Positions 1 to 8,863 of a DNA stretch of 64,000 bases are shown here, piece by piece. The DNA is from an uncultured Anaerolinea sp. Lineage in GTDB: Bacteria > Chloroflexota > Anaerolineae > Anaerolineales > UBA4823. Under the pieces are notes generated by a model. It was not told the origin of the DNA. It was given only the letters and a program-made list of their open reading frames with translations, and did no database searches. Location: NCBI GenBank assembly GCA_964416275.1, contig CAYQDU010000001.1:6830-70829 (forward strand). Reading direction: 5' to 3'. The position numbers and the translations under genes are program-made. Numbering within the stretch: position 1 is the stretch's first letter; each line of letters opens with the position of its first letter.

Positions 1-314
1 CGTTTGTGGGCAGTATCGAAGAAGGCGGGCAGGAACGGCTGGTGGCCTCGGCCCGCTATCATGTGCTGTCCCAGGGCGAGCCGGGCCGGGCTGAGGCTGC
101 CATCGTGGTGCGCGACGACTATCAGCAGCGCGGCCTGGGCAGCCAGATGATGCAGCGTCTGATCCGTTACGCCCGCGCTCACGGTGTGACGGCCTTTGTA
201 GCCACCGTACATCTCAGCAATGCTGTGGTTATGAGCTTCATCCAGAAGAGCGGGCTGGAATTCAGCAAGAAAATCCTCGAACCTGGCGTGTGGGAGATCA
301 CCATTCACCTGTGA
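1..314 (+). CDS. GNAT-family N-acetyltransferase, C-terminal fragment (5' end outside window)
   Basis: Frame is open to the window edge. Acetyl-CoA-binding motif A QQRGLGSQMMQRLIRYARAHG (Q/RxxGxG/A) is typical of the GNAT fold. Confidence 0.75.
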   Translation, partial: FVGSIEEGGQERLVASARYHVLSQGEPGRAEAAIVVRDDYQQRGLGSQMMQRLIRYARAHGVTAFVATVHLSNAVVMSFIQKSGLEFSKKILEPGVWEITIHL

Positions 315-329
315 GGCCCACTGCCCGGC

Positions 330-707
330 CTACAGGCGATCCAGTTCGGCGCGGGTGCGTTCGTTGTGCAGGTTGCCGGTGTTCAGGGTGGCGGCCGGCT
401 CGAGCAGCAAGACCTGCACCTCGTCATCGGCGATGGGTAAATGCTCGACGCGGCGCGGAATGATGATGAACTCGCCCTCTTGAATGACGCGTTCGCTCTC
501 GCCTTCGGCCGGGGTGCGCAGGCGCATCCGCAGGCGGCCGCTCAGTACTAAAAATAGCTCGTCTTCTTCGGCGTGGTGGTGCCAGACGAATTCGCCCCGC
601 AGTTTTGCCAGCTTAACCATCTGTCCATTTAGCTCGCCCACAATTTTTGGGTTCCAGGCTTCGGAAAACAGGCCCAGTTTTTGCGCCAGGTTTACGACTT
701 CGAGCAT
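330..707 (-). CDS. Cupin-domain protein
   Basis: 125-aa ORF with two-motif cupin pattern: GEFVWHHHAEEDELFLVLSG (G-x-HxH-x-E-x-G) and GEFIIIPRRVEH. Confidence 0.75.
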   Translation of the reverse strand: MLEVVNLAQKLGLFSEAWNPKIVGELNGQMVKLAKLRGEFVWHHHAEEDELFLVLSGRLRMRLRTPAEGESERVIQEGEFIIIPRRVEHLPIADDEVQVLLLEPAATLNTGNLHNERTRAELDRL

Positions 708-737
708 TTTCGGTTTCCATCCTTCCTGAGTTCTGCT

Positions 738-905
738 GGTTCTTCCGCTGAAGGCGGGGTTCTATCTTGGAGGGGGATGGGTGGCTACGCCACCCGCAAC
801 CCCCAAAGGTAGAACCCCGCCTTTGGGGCGCCCACCTCAGGCTTCTTTTCTGCTGGGGGTGCCCCCCTATTAACCCGTTAATCCTCTTTCGGCGAAGCTT
901 GCCTA
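738..905. repeat. Intergenic mosaic of hairpin modules (dispersed repeat family)
   Basis: Long imperfect hairpin GGGGTTCTA...GGGTGGC-tac-GCCACCC...TAGAACCCC (756-818), related to 55618-55692 and 58562-58643. It is followed by CCTCTTTCGGCGAAGCTTGCC (883-903), identical to 38858-38878. Confidence 0.55.
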
Positions 906-954
906 TCACACCCGCCCCGGTGCGTGGGGAGCTGCCCTGCTGGGCGCAGCCCGC

Positions 955-2286
955 CTATTCCATATTCAACCGGAAGCCCACCCCCCGCACGGTCAGCAAA
1001 TAGCGCGGGGTCTCCGGGTTTGGCTCGATCTCCTGGCGAATGCGGTTCACCAGCCGGTCGAGGCGGCTGTCTTGCGAGTCGCCGGGGTCGCCATAGATCG
1101 CCAGCATAATCTCTTCCCGGCGGGCAACGCCGCCGGGGCGCTGGGCAAGATATTCCAACAGCTTGAATTCCAGGTTCGATAAGTCTTGGATCAGCCGGGC
1201 GCCCACCCGCACAGTGTGACGGGCCGGGTCTACATCCAGCGTTTGAGCAATTCTTTGGGCCGCCCAGCAGGCGTAGTGGGCCAGCAAGGGCGTAAACACC
1301 TCCTCGCGCCCGGCCTGGCTCTGCGCCAACCCTTTCAGGCGCAGCATGTCCAGAGCCGCCGGTGGGGCGGGCTCCTGTTTGGCGATGGCGATTAGCGCCA
1401 GCCATTCTTCGGTCGGCAACCCTTCTTGCAGCTTGCGGCACTCCTCGGCGATGCGGGCCTGGCGCGACAGCCACTTGAGGTCGTCCAGCCGTTCCGGGTG
1501 ATCGGCCTGTTCGGCCGCCGTGTCGAGCAGGGCCTGCAGCAGGCCGATATGCCCGCCGCACAGCGTCAGCATCCTGGCCCGCTGTGGGGGGGCAAACGAC
1601 AGGCGGCGGCGGGCCTCCAACTGCTGTAAGATCGCCTCCCGGTCGGCCGGGGTGTAGGGCGTTAGCCCGATCAGCGAGCGGGAAAACAGCTCGTAGAAGC
1701 TTTCGACTTCCAGCGGGTCGCGCAGCGCCTGGGGCGCGCTGCGCATGAACAGCACGTAGCTCAACCGGTTCTTATTGGCGTCGCGCACGGCCCGCAGATG
1801 GGCAAAGGTCTGTTTATCGAAGGTCTGATAGACGCTGTCGAACTCGTCCAGCAGGAAACACAGGCGGAAGCCTCTTTCCGAGCAAAGCTGCAAGGTGATC
1901 AGCTCGAAGAAGCGCAGGCCCATCAGGGCGTCGCGGCTGGAGATGACCTGGGCCTGCAGCCCGTTGATCTGCGGACGCAGCAGCCCGGCCTCGCTCTGCT
2001 GGCCGCAGGCTTCGGCCAGGGTCATCAGCAGCAGCTCGTACAGGCCCCATTGATTAGGCTCGTACATGCGGTTGCAGTCCACCTGCACGAACAGGGTCTG
2101 GGCGGCCTGCTCGCCTAGGTAATGCTGCTGCACGTCTGGGCGCAGCAGGTGGTTTTGCAGCCGGTTTTTGCCGATGCTGGCCGCGCCGATCACCGCGCAC
2201 GATTCGGCGCTCTGGATGCGGGCAAACAGCGGGGTCAGAATTTCTTTGCGAAAGTCAAGAGAGTGTTCGGGGCCGACTTCGTTCAT
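955..2286 (-). CDS. P-loop NTPase (AAA/STAND-like) fused to C-terminal OmpR/PhoB-type winged-helix DNA-binding domain
   Basis: 443-aa ORF. Walker A-like GAASIGKN and Walker B-like CFLLDEFD, then a helical region. C-terminal wHTH LEFKLLEYLAQRPGGVARREEIMLAIYG...LDRLVNRIRQEIE...YLLTVRGVGFRL. No receiver domain. Confidence 0.7.
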   Translation of the reverse strand: MNEVGPEHSLDFRKEILTPLFARIQSAESCAVIGAASIGKNRLQNHLLRPDVQQHYLGEQAAQTLFVQVDCNRMYEPNQWGLYELLLMTLAEACGQQSEAGLLRPQINGLQAQVISSRDALMGLRFFELITLQLCSERGFRLCFLLDEFDSVYQTFDKQTFAHLRAVRDANKNRLSYVLFMRSAPQALRDPLEVESFYELFSRSLIGLTPYTPADREAILQQLEARRRLSFAPPQRARMLTLCGGHIGLLQALLDTAAEQADHPERLDDLKWLSRQARIAEECRKLQEGLPTEEWLALIAIAKQEPAPPAALDMLRLKGLAQSQAGREEVFTPLLAHYACWAAQRIAQTLDVDPARHTVRVGARLIQDLSNLEFKLLEYLAQRPGGVARREEIMLAIYGDPGDSQDSRLDRLVNRIRQEIEPNPETPRYLLTVRGVGFRLNME

Positions 2287-2328
2287 GGTGGGTTTCCTTC
2301 TGCCTTCTGTTGTTTGGGGGCGGGCTGC

Positions 2329-4038
2329 TTAAGCCGCCGATTGGCCGGGTGAAGCCAGGACTGTTTTTGCCGGGGGCCATTCCGGCGGGGGCCAGGGTTG
2401 GCCCCAGTGATCCAGCCGGTGGCATAGGATGCTGGCTAACATCAACGCCCGCTGGCGGGAGGTCAATTTGTGAGGCGCGTGCAGAATCGATGCCCGGAAC
2501 AGGGTGTTGAACAGCAGCCCCAGCAGATACTGATAGGCGTCGCTAACGCCGGTCAGGCGTTGGGCCAGGTCGCGAATCGATGAGATCACCTGGATGGGCT
2601 TCAGCAGTTCAGGATCCGCCGCCGGCGCTTCGATGGGCTGGAGCTGCTCTGGGCTGGCGATCCACAGGCACAGGCGGTAGAACAGCCCGAAATCGTCGCC
2701 CATGTAAGTCAAGCGGTTGACAATATCCGATTCCAGCTCGACAAAATCCTGCAAGATTGGCCCGTCGCCGCTGCGCTCGAAATCGACCACCCAGGCGTCT
2801 TCGCGATCGTCGATCAGCAGGTTATCGCCGTGCAAATCGCCATGCGTGACGCCGAACAGCACCTGGCTCATGAAGGGTTGGGCTTGCTGCGGCGGTTCCT
2901 GGCCCAACCGCTCGACCAGCCAGGCCACCGGGTCTGGGGCCTGCAGGCTGCGCCACAGGTCGGCCTCCATCCCCTGCCCCGGCGGCGCGGTGGGCTGCAT
3001 TGACAGGACCTTCTGATACCAGCGATGCTCCCAGACTTTACAGTAGGCCTGAAAGACTGAATAGAAGCGTTCCACCTGGGTGGTGTGATACAGGCGCGAC
3101 CACACCCCGCCAAAAAACTTTTCCAGGCTGGCCTGGACTCTTTCTGTAGGAGCGTTCAGATAATGGTCGGTAAAGGTGGTGATGTTGTTGGTGCCTAAGT
3201 AGCTGTACACCGCGCCGCCCAGGTCCCACAGAGTGGCCTGGTTGATCAGGACGGGCAGATAATTCCCCACCAGTTGGCCGCGGATGTGGGCCTGGTAATT
3301 TTCGATCTCCTGGGTGATGCGCGCCGAGCGGGCCAGCTTTACCAAAACCGGCTGGCGCCCGTCTTCGTTTACTTTCAAGATGACCGAATTGGGGCGCGGA
3401 ACAGCCGAAAGCGTCACCGGCTGGATGGGGGTCTGGATTTCCGTGGGCGAGTTCAAGCCTTCGATTTCCAGCGCCTGGGCCTGCGGGAAGAGGCGGGCCA
3501 GCACGTCTTGCACTTCGTCGGCCTGGGCTTCCGGCACGTCGAACAGCAGTCGGCGCGATACCTGGGCCAACGTCTCTGGCGGGCCAATCTGGATGCCGCG
3601 CCAGGCGTAGCAGTATTTACAGGCCGCCGCTTCCAGGGCCTCTTTCAGGGCTTCCGGGCCGTCTTCCTTGCCCACAAAGCTGAAAGCGCCTTTTTCGCGG
3701 ATGCTGCGCGTGGCGGTTTTGTGATCGCCAAACCCGCTGACGATGATCGTCTCGGCTGGCTTCAAGCGCGGGGCCAGGTCCAGCCCGCGGAAGTCTTCGG
3801 TATCCTGATCGAAATGCAGGCGCATGTCTACCAGGGCCAACTGGCAGCGAAAGCGGCGCGCTTTCTGGAGGGCATCTTCGACCAGCGCATCGCCGAAGCC
3901 CTGGGCCTGGATGGCGGTGAAGCCCCACAGGCGCAGCAGATTCATGAAAATCTCGCTGTAGACCGGGTCGTTATCGACGACTAAGACCCGGGCCTGGTTT
4001 TTTGCCGCCGGGCGAACGGTGATTGGATCGTCTTTCAT
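2329..4038 (-). CDS. Response-regulator receiver fused to protein-kinase-like (aminoglycoside phosphotransferase fold) domain
   Basis: 569-aa ORF with SD AGGAGGG before ATG 4038. Receiver motifs VLVVDNDP, LALVDMRL, IVSGFG. C-terminal kinase-like catalytic loop HGDLHGDNLLID and WVVDFERSG. Confidence 0.7.
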   Translation of the reverse strand: MKDDPITVRPAAKNQARVLVVDNDPVYSEIFMNLLRLWGFTAIQAQGFGDALVEDALQKARRFRCQLALVDMRLHFDQDTEDFRGLDLAPRLKPAETIIVSGFGDHKTATRSIREKGAFSFVGKEDGPEALKEALEAAACKYCYAWRGIQIGPPETLAQVSRRLLFDVPEAQADEVQDVLARLFPQAQALEIEGLNSPTEIQTPIQPVTLSAVPRPNSVILKVNEDGRQPVLVKLARSARITQEIENYQAHIRGQLVGNYLPVLINQATLWDLGGAVYSYLGTNNITTFTDHYLNAPTERVQASLEKFFGGVWSRLYHTTQVERFYSVFQAYCKVWEHRWYQKVLSMQPTAPPGQGMEADLWRSLQAPDPVAWLVERLGQEPPQQAQPFMSQVLFGVTHGDLHGDNLLIDDREDAWVVDFERSGDGPILQDFVELESDIVNRLTYMGDDFGLFYRLCLWIASPEQLQPIEAPAADPELLKPIQVISSIRDLAQRLTGVSDAYQYLLGLLFNTLFRASILHAPHKLTSRQRALMLASILCHRLDHWGQPWPPPEWPPAKTVLASPGQSAA

Positions 4039-4071
4039 CAGCCCTCCTGTACTCGATTCCGGCGCCTGGCC

Positions 4072-7000
4072 TTACGGCGAAATAACCGGAAAAGCCGGGA
4101 CTTTCAAAATGGGCAGCCGGATGCAGAAAACTGCACCTGGCCAGCCGTCCTGTGGCGTGTAGCGCAGCGTGCCGTGCATATCCTCCACCAACTGGCGCGC
4201 CAGCAGCAGGCCCAACCCACCCCGCCGGTCTTTGTCGGTGCTGGGGATGGGGATCTGTAAGATAAAGGGCCGCACCTTTTGATCGACCCCCGGCCCGCTG
4301 TCTTTGAACTGAATTTCGACGTGGTTGTCTGGCAGGAGGTCGGTATGGATGATGAGCTGTCGGGTCTGGCTGTGCTTCATGGCGTGAATGGCGTTGTAGG
4401 TAAGCTGGCGCAGAACGCGCCGGAAGGTTACCGTGTTTGCCATGATCTGGGCGCCGGCGCAGCCCAGATCGAGGTGTAATTGCAGTTCTGGCCCTTGGGT
4501 CTGGGTCAGTTCTTGCATGGCCCGGCGGATAAATTCGTCTAACGGCAGGGGGGTGGGGTTGAGGTTCTGCCAGGGGGCGGCTTTCCGGAGGTATTCGGCG
4601 CTTTCTTCGATGTGATGGATATACTGCCGGGCGGCTTCTGGCTGATCCAGGCTCTCGCGCGCCAGGTAGGCCCAACTTCTGATTTTGCCCAGGTAGGGGT
4701 TGATGTCGTGGGCCAGGTCGGAGGCCCAGCCGGTCATCGCGGCTACGGTGGATTTGAAGCTCAACTGGCTGCTCTGGTGAGCGCGCTCGATTGCCAGGCT
4801 GATCTGATGGGCAATGCTTTTGACCAGCTCGATTTCATCCGAGTCGAAGCCCAGCGGCCGGGGACGCTCTAACACCAGCACGCCCAGGAGGCCCTGTTTG
4901 CTCATCAGGCTGACGCATAGTTCCGATTGAATACCGGGAATCACCTCCCAATAATTGGGATCGGCCTGTACGTCGGGAACGTACTGCGGTTCCAGGTCTT
5001 CGCCGTTCAGGGCCTGGCGGGCTGTGCGGCTGGCAATCGACTGTCCATCTACCCGGATGGCGCGCAATTGCTGGTTCTCCGGGTTTTGGATGGGGTAGAA
5101 CTTCATGGTGGTTGGCACGAACTCCAGCAGGTGGTCATCTGGGTTGTACAGCAGCACGCACAGGTAAGGGCGTTTGAACAGGTCGCTCACCTTTTCCAGA
5201 ACTTTTTCCAGCACATTCTCCAGGTTCAGCTCGGTGGCCACGGTTTCAACGATGGCGTTGGCCGCATCCAGCCGTTCTTTCTCTTTGCGCACGGTTTCCA
5301 GGCGGGTCGAATCGCGGATGCTGGCCCCTACCACCTCGGCCAGGATGGTGAAGATGGTGCGCTCTTCGGTGCTGAAGTAATGCGGCTGGCGATAGTTGAA
5401 AAACATAGCCCCCACGGTTTCATCGTCGGCGCGCAGTGGGAAGGCGGCCACCGAGCGGATGCCTTCGTCTTGGGTGAAGCGCCCGATCAGCTCGGGATGC
5501 TGGTTTATATCGTCGGCCCAGATCGGCTCTGGGCTATTCAGCACCGTCTGGACGGCGTTCCGCTCGCCTTTGGATGCGTCGTCCTCGGCCTGGGGCGGCA
5601 GGGGCGTGCGCAGCCCAAATGTATCGCCCAGCCGGACTTTCCCCGTTTCGGCGTCTCGATACCACAGGGTCATCGCCGACAGTTCTGGCGAGACGTTGCG
5701 AATCGAGTCGCGGGTTTCGCGGAAGGTAGCCTGCAGATCGGTTGGCTCGGTGACCACTTTGGCGGCGCGCAGCACGGCGTATAGATGCTCCTGGCGGCGG
5801 GCGTTGTCCAGGGCCAGGAACACTACGGGGGCAAAGCGCCCCAGGATGTTCAGCGTTTGCGGCGGAAGCTGGCCTTCCACAGCGCTGGCGGCCAGCACGC
5901 CGATCACCGAGCTGCCGATGGTGATGGGAACCCAGGCGCGCGTGCCGGTCTGGTTGCTGAAGGGTGTCTTGGTCTCAATCGTCCGCCGGACGCGCCGCCG
6001 GTTGGCGGGCGAAAGGTGCACCGCCTCCAGGGCGTTGTACGAATTCACCCCCAGGCATTCATAGGTTTCCAGGGGTTCCTGGGTCAGCGAGCTGGATTTC
6101 CAGCGCCGCAGAACCAGGGTCAGGCGCTGGGCCTGGCCCAGCGTGTCTTGGATATTGGTAATCAGGTTGGGAATAACCCGGGCTTCCCGATCGCTCGCCA
6201 GGGCCTGTTCCAACATGCGCCGGGTGGCCTCGTGTTCGCGCTGCTGAATTTCGCCGGCGTTCTGGCGCTCGCGCAGGGTGTGTCCATGGTTGAAGATGGC
6301 GATGGCGGCCAGGTTGGCAAACGACTCGGCCTGCTGCAAGTCGTCGTCTGAAAAATGGCGCGGGGCGCGATAGTCGATGTAGAACACCCCCAGCGATTCC
6401 TGGGTGTTGGGCGCACGGATCGGCGCACCCAACAGGGCTTTTACGTCTTCGCGAGCGACGAACGAAGATGCGGCCAACCCGCGCTGCCCGATGCCCAGGT
6501 TCGCCTGCTCGATATTGGCAATGACCAGCGGCCCGCTGCGCAGGACGTGGGCGGCGATCCCTTTCAACCGGGATTTCTCTTTGACGAATTCTTTGATGGG
6601 CTGGCGCAGCTCACCGGCATAGCTGATGTTGGATTTGTCGAATTCGTAGACGTTGCCGCCGGGTTTGCTGGGGTAGATGATGGTCAGGTCGGCCTCCATC
6701 ACCCGGCGAGCAGCTTCGCAGATGCGGGTAAGCGTCTTTGCCAGCGGCTGGCGGTTGGCTTCGCCCATGATCGCATAGTTAGCTTCCAACAGCGCTTCTT
6801 GCTTGCGGCGCTGGCGCAGGCTTTCCCACACCAGCCCCACGTTGTTGAGCAGGGTTTCCAGCCGGTCGAGCATCCTGCCTTGCAGCGGCTTGCCGTCGTG
6901 CCGGTTATCGATGATCACGATCCCCAGGGTCGCGCCGCCGGCCCGCACCGGCAGCACCGCCGATTCGGAGAAGGAGAACTTGCGATTGAAGGCGCTGGGC

Positions 7001-8850
7001 AGTTGGGTGGAGATTTCATCCTTCAACACGATCTGGCGCTGCCCGGTCTTCAATACCTGGCTGAAGGCGTTGTCTTTTTCAGCCGCCAGGTCGATGGTCA
7101 GTTCTTTGACCGCCTCGGCAAACGGGGTAAGGCGAACCGCGCCGGTTTGCAGTTCCAGCAGAAATGTCTCAAAGTCGTAGCCCCGTTGTTCGTCGATCTC
7201 CCAATCGCGGTGAGCATCTTGATACTGGTCGGCGCCCACGCCCAGCCGCCCTCGCAGGCAGCGGTTGTTATTCTCGGCCAGGAACAGCAAGGCCCGGTTG
7301 AAGCGCATGCCGAAATTGGCGGTGGCGATGGTCAGGACGGTCAGCCAGAAGTGGTCTTCGTTTTGATCGGCGATCTGCAGCAGTTCTACCCCGGCGCGCT
7401 GCAGCACCCGCATCCGCTCGGCGTCTTTTTTCTCGGCCTGGGCCAGGCGGTTGATCTGGATTGCCCCGGCCACCTGGTCGGCCACTTCTTTGAGCAGGCG
7501 TTCATCCCGGTCGGTAAAGGCTTTGGGCCGGGTGTAATCCTGCACGATGATCCCGCCGATGACCTGATCGCTGACCAGCAGCGGCACACCCAGCCAGGAT
7601 TGGGCCTGCCGGCCATACAGCCGGATGTTATGCCGCTCGCGGAATTCTTTGACTTCTTCGTGCAGGTGGATGGTCTGGCGTTGGCGCAGCAGGTAGCCGG
7701 TCAGCCCTTCGTCGATGGGCAGCCAGGTGCGCTCCTGGCGCTGTCCGTCTTCATAGTCCAGGCAGAAATCGATCTGCCGGGTTTCCTCGTCGGTCAGGGC
7801 CACGCTGAAATTGCTCACGTCGATCAGCGCTCGCGCCTGCTGGCGCACCTCTTCCAGCAGGGTTTCCAGGTTGTCCAGGGCGGCGCGGGTGTTGATGTGC
7901 TGGCCGATCCGGCCGATGACGGCTTTTTCGGCCCGCAGGCGCTGCTCATGCTCGAACAGGCTGGCGCGCTCCAGCACGACCGACACCTGGCGGGCAAACA
8001 CGTTCAACCAGCGCCGCTCGTGGTCGTGGATGTGGGTTTCGGTTTGGTCGTAGTCCAGAATCAGGCAGCCCAGCAGGGCGCTGCCGCTCCACAGCGGCAG
8101 GATGACCCATTCGCCGTCTGGTGATTGAAACCCCGGCAGGCCCAGCCAGTTGGGGTCTGGGCGCGGGCAGCGGCGAAAGAGGGCGTCGTGGGTCGCCAGA
8201 ATATCGGCCAGGGGCAGCCCGTAGGCCGAACGGAACAGGTAGTTCGCAAAGCCTTCGGGCGGGCGGTGGCCTTCGGAAATGACCCCCACCAGGCAGTCGG
8301 TTTCGTCTTTATCTTCACCCTGCGGCCGCCAGAGCAGGTGCGTCCGTTGGAAGCCAAATTGCAGGGTATAGACCATCACAATCCGGGCCACCTCGCGGAA
8401 GGTGGGGCGCTGCACCGCTACTTCCACCATCTGACTGTAGGCCCTCTGCCAGTTATATTCGCGCTGATCCTGGCGCTCGCGCTGGAGCGTTTGTAATAAA
8501 TACAGCAGTTCCTTCTGTTTGAAGGGCTTGGTCAGATAGCGCCAGGCTCCGGCCTCGTAAGCCTGCAGCCCGTCCTCGGCATCCTCGAAGCCGGTGAAGA
8601 TGATCGCGCTGGCTTCCGGGCAGGCCGCCAGCATTTCCTGCATCACCTGAATCCCGTTCTGCGCCGCCCCCAGGCGCTGATCGATTAGCAGAATGTCGTA
8701 GGCCTCGTGGCGCAGGGCGCTTTGCCGGACGGCGCTCGTCGCCCGCCCGATTTCTGTAAACGCGTTGACCTGATACCCGGCGCGCTTGAGATAACTCGCT
8801 ACCAACCGGGCCAGTTCATCGTCGTCATCCAGGATTAACACCCGGCACAT
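4072..8850 (-). CDS. Cytoplasmic hybrid sensor histidine kinase: N-terminal receiver, about seven GAF-like units, HisKA/HATPase core
   Basis: The track start 8886 overlaps the upstream gene. ATG 8850 has SD GGAGGGG (8854-8860) and gives MCRVLILDDDDE, so 8850 is preferred. Seven GAF-like strand motifs (e.g. WLGVPLLVSDQVIGGIIVQD, AVLPVRAGGATLGIVIIDN, ELCVSLMSKQGLLGVLVLER). H-box DLAHDINPYLGKI; N/G boxes LTYNAIHAM, KDSGPGV, GGLGLLLARQLVEDMHG. No TM segment seen. Confidence 0.85.
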   Translation of the reverse strand: MCRVLILDDDDELARLVASYLKRAGYQVNAFTEIGRATSAVRQSALRHEAYDILLIDQRLGAAQNGIQVMQEMLAACPEASAIIFTGFEDAEDGLQAYEAGAWRYLTKPFKQKELLYLLQTLQRERQDQREYNWQRAYSQMVEVAVQRPTFREVARIVMVYTLQFGFQRTHLLWRPQGEDKDETDCLVGVISEGHRPPEGFANYLFRSAYGLPLADILATHDALFRRCPRPDPNWLGLPGFQSPDGEWVILPLWSGSALLGCLILDYDQTETHIHDHERRWLNVFARQVSVVLERASLFEHEQRLRAEKAVIGRIGQHINTRAALDNLETLLEEVRQQARALIDVSNFSVALTDEETRQIDFCLDYEDGQRQERTWLPIDEGLTGYLLRQRQTIHLHEEVKEFRERHNIRLYGRQAQSWLGVPLLVSDQVIGGIIVQDYTRPKAFTDRDERLLKEVADQVAGAIQINRLAQAEKKDAERMRVLQRAGVELLQIADQNEDHFWLTVLTIATANFGMRFNRALLFLAENNNRCLRGRLGVGADQYQDAHRDWEIDEQRGYDFETFLLELQTGAVRLTPFAEAVKELTIDLAAEKDNAFSQVLKTGQRQIVLKDEISTQLPSAFNRKFSFSESAVLPVRAGGATLGIVIIDNRHDGKPLQGRMLDRLETLLNNVGLVWESLRQRRKQEALLEANYAIMGEANRQPLAKTLTRICEAARRVMEADLTIIYPSKPGGNVYEFDKSNISYAGELRQPIKEFVKEKSRLKGIAAHVLRSGPLVIANIEQANLGIGQRGLAASSFVAREDVKALLGAPIRAPNTQESLGVFYIDYRAPRHFSDDDLQQAESFANLAAIAIFNHGHTLRERQNAGEIQQREHEATRRMLEQALASDREARVIPNLITNIQDTLGQAQRLTLVLRRWKSSSLTQEPLETYECLGVNSYNALEAVHLSPANRRRVRRTIETKTPFSNQTGTRAWVPITIGSSVIGVLAASAVEGQLPPQTLNILGRFAPVVFLALDNARRQEHLYAVLRAAKVVTEPTDLQATFRETRDSIRNVSPELSAMTLWYRDAETGKVRLGDTFGLRTPLPPQAEDDASKGERNAVQTVLNSPEPIWADDINQHPELIGRFTQDEGIRSVAAFPLRADDETVGAMFFNYRQPHYFSTEERTIFTILAEVVGASIRDSTRLETVRKEKERLDAANAIVETVATELNLENVLEKVLEKVSDLFKRPYLCVLLYNPDDHLLEFVPTTMKFYPIQNPENQQLRAIRVDGQSIASRTARQALNGEDLEPQYVPDVQADPNYWEVIPGIQSELCVSLMSKQGLLGVLVLERPRPLGFDSDEIELVKSIAHQISLAIERAHQSSQLSFKSTVAAMTGWASDLAHDINPYLGKIRSWAYLARESLDQPEAARQYIHHIEESAEYLRKAAPWQNLNPTPLPLDEFIRRAMQELTQTQGPELQLHLDLGCAGAQIMANTVTFRRVLRQLTYNAIHAMKHSQTRQLIIHTDLLPDNHVEIQFKDSGPGVDQKVRPFILQIPIPSTDKDRRGGLGLLLARQLVEDMHGTLRYTPQDGWPGAVFCIRLPILKVPAFPVISP

Positions 8851-8863
8851 GCTCCCCTCCTGG

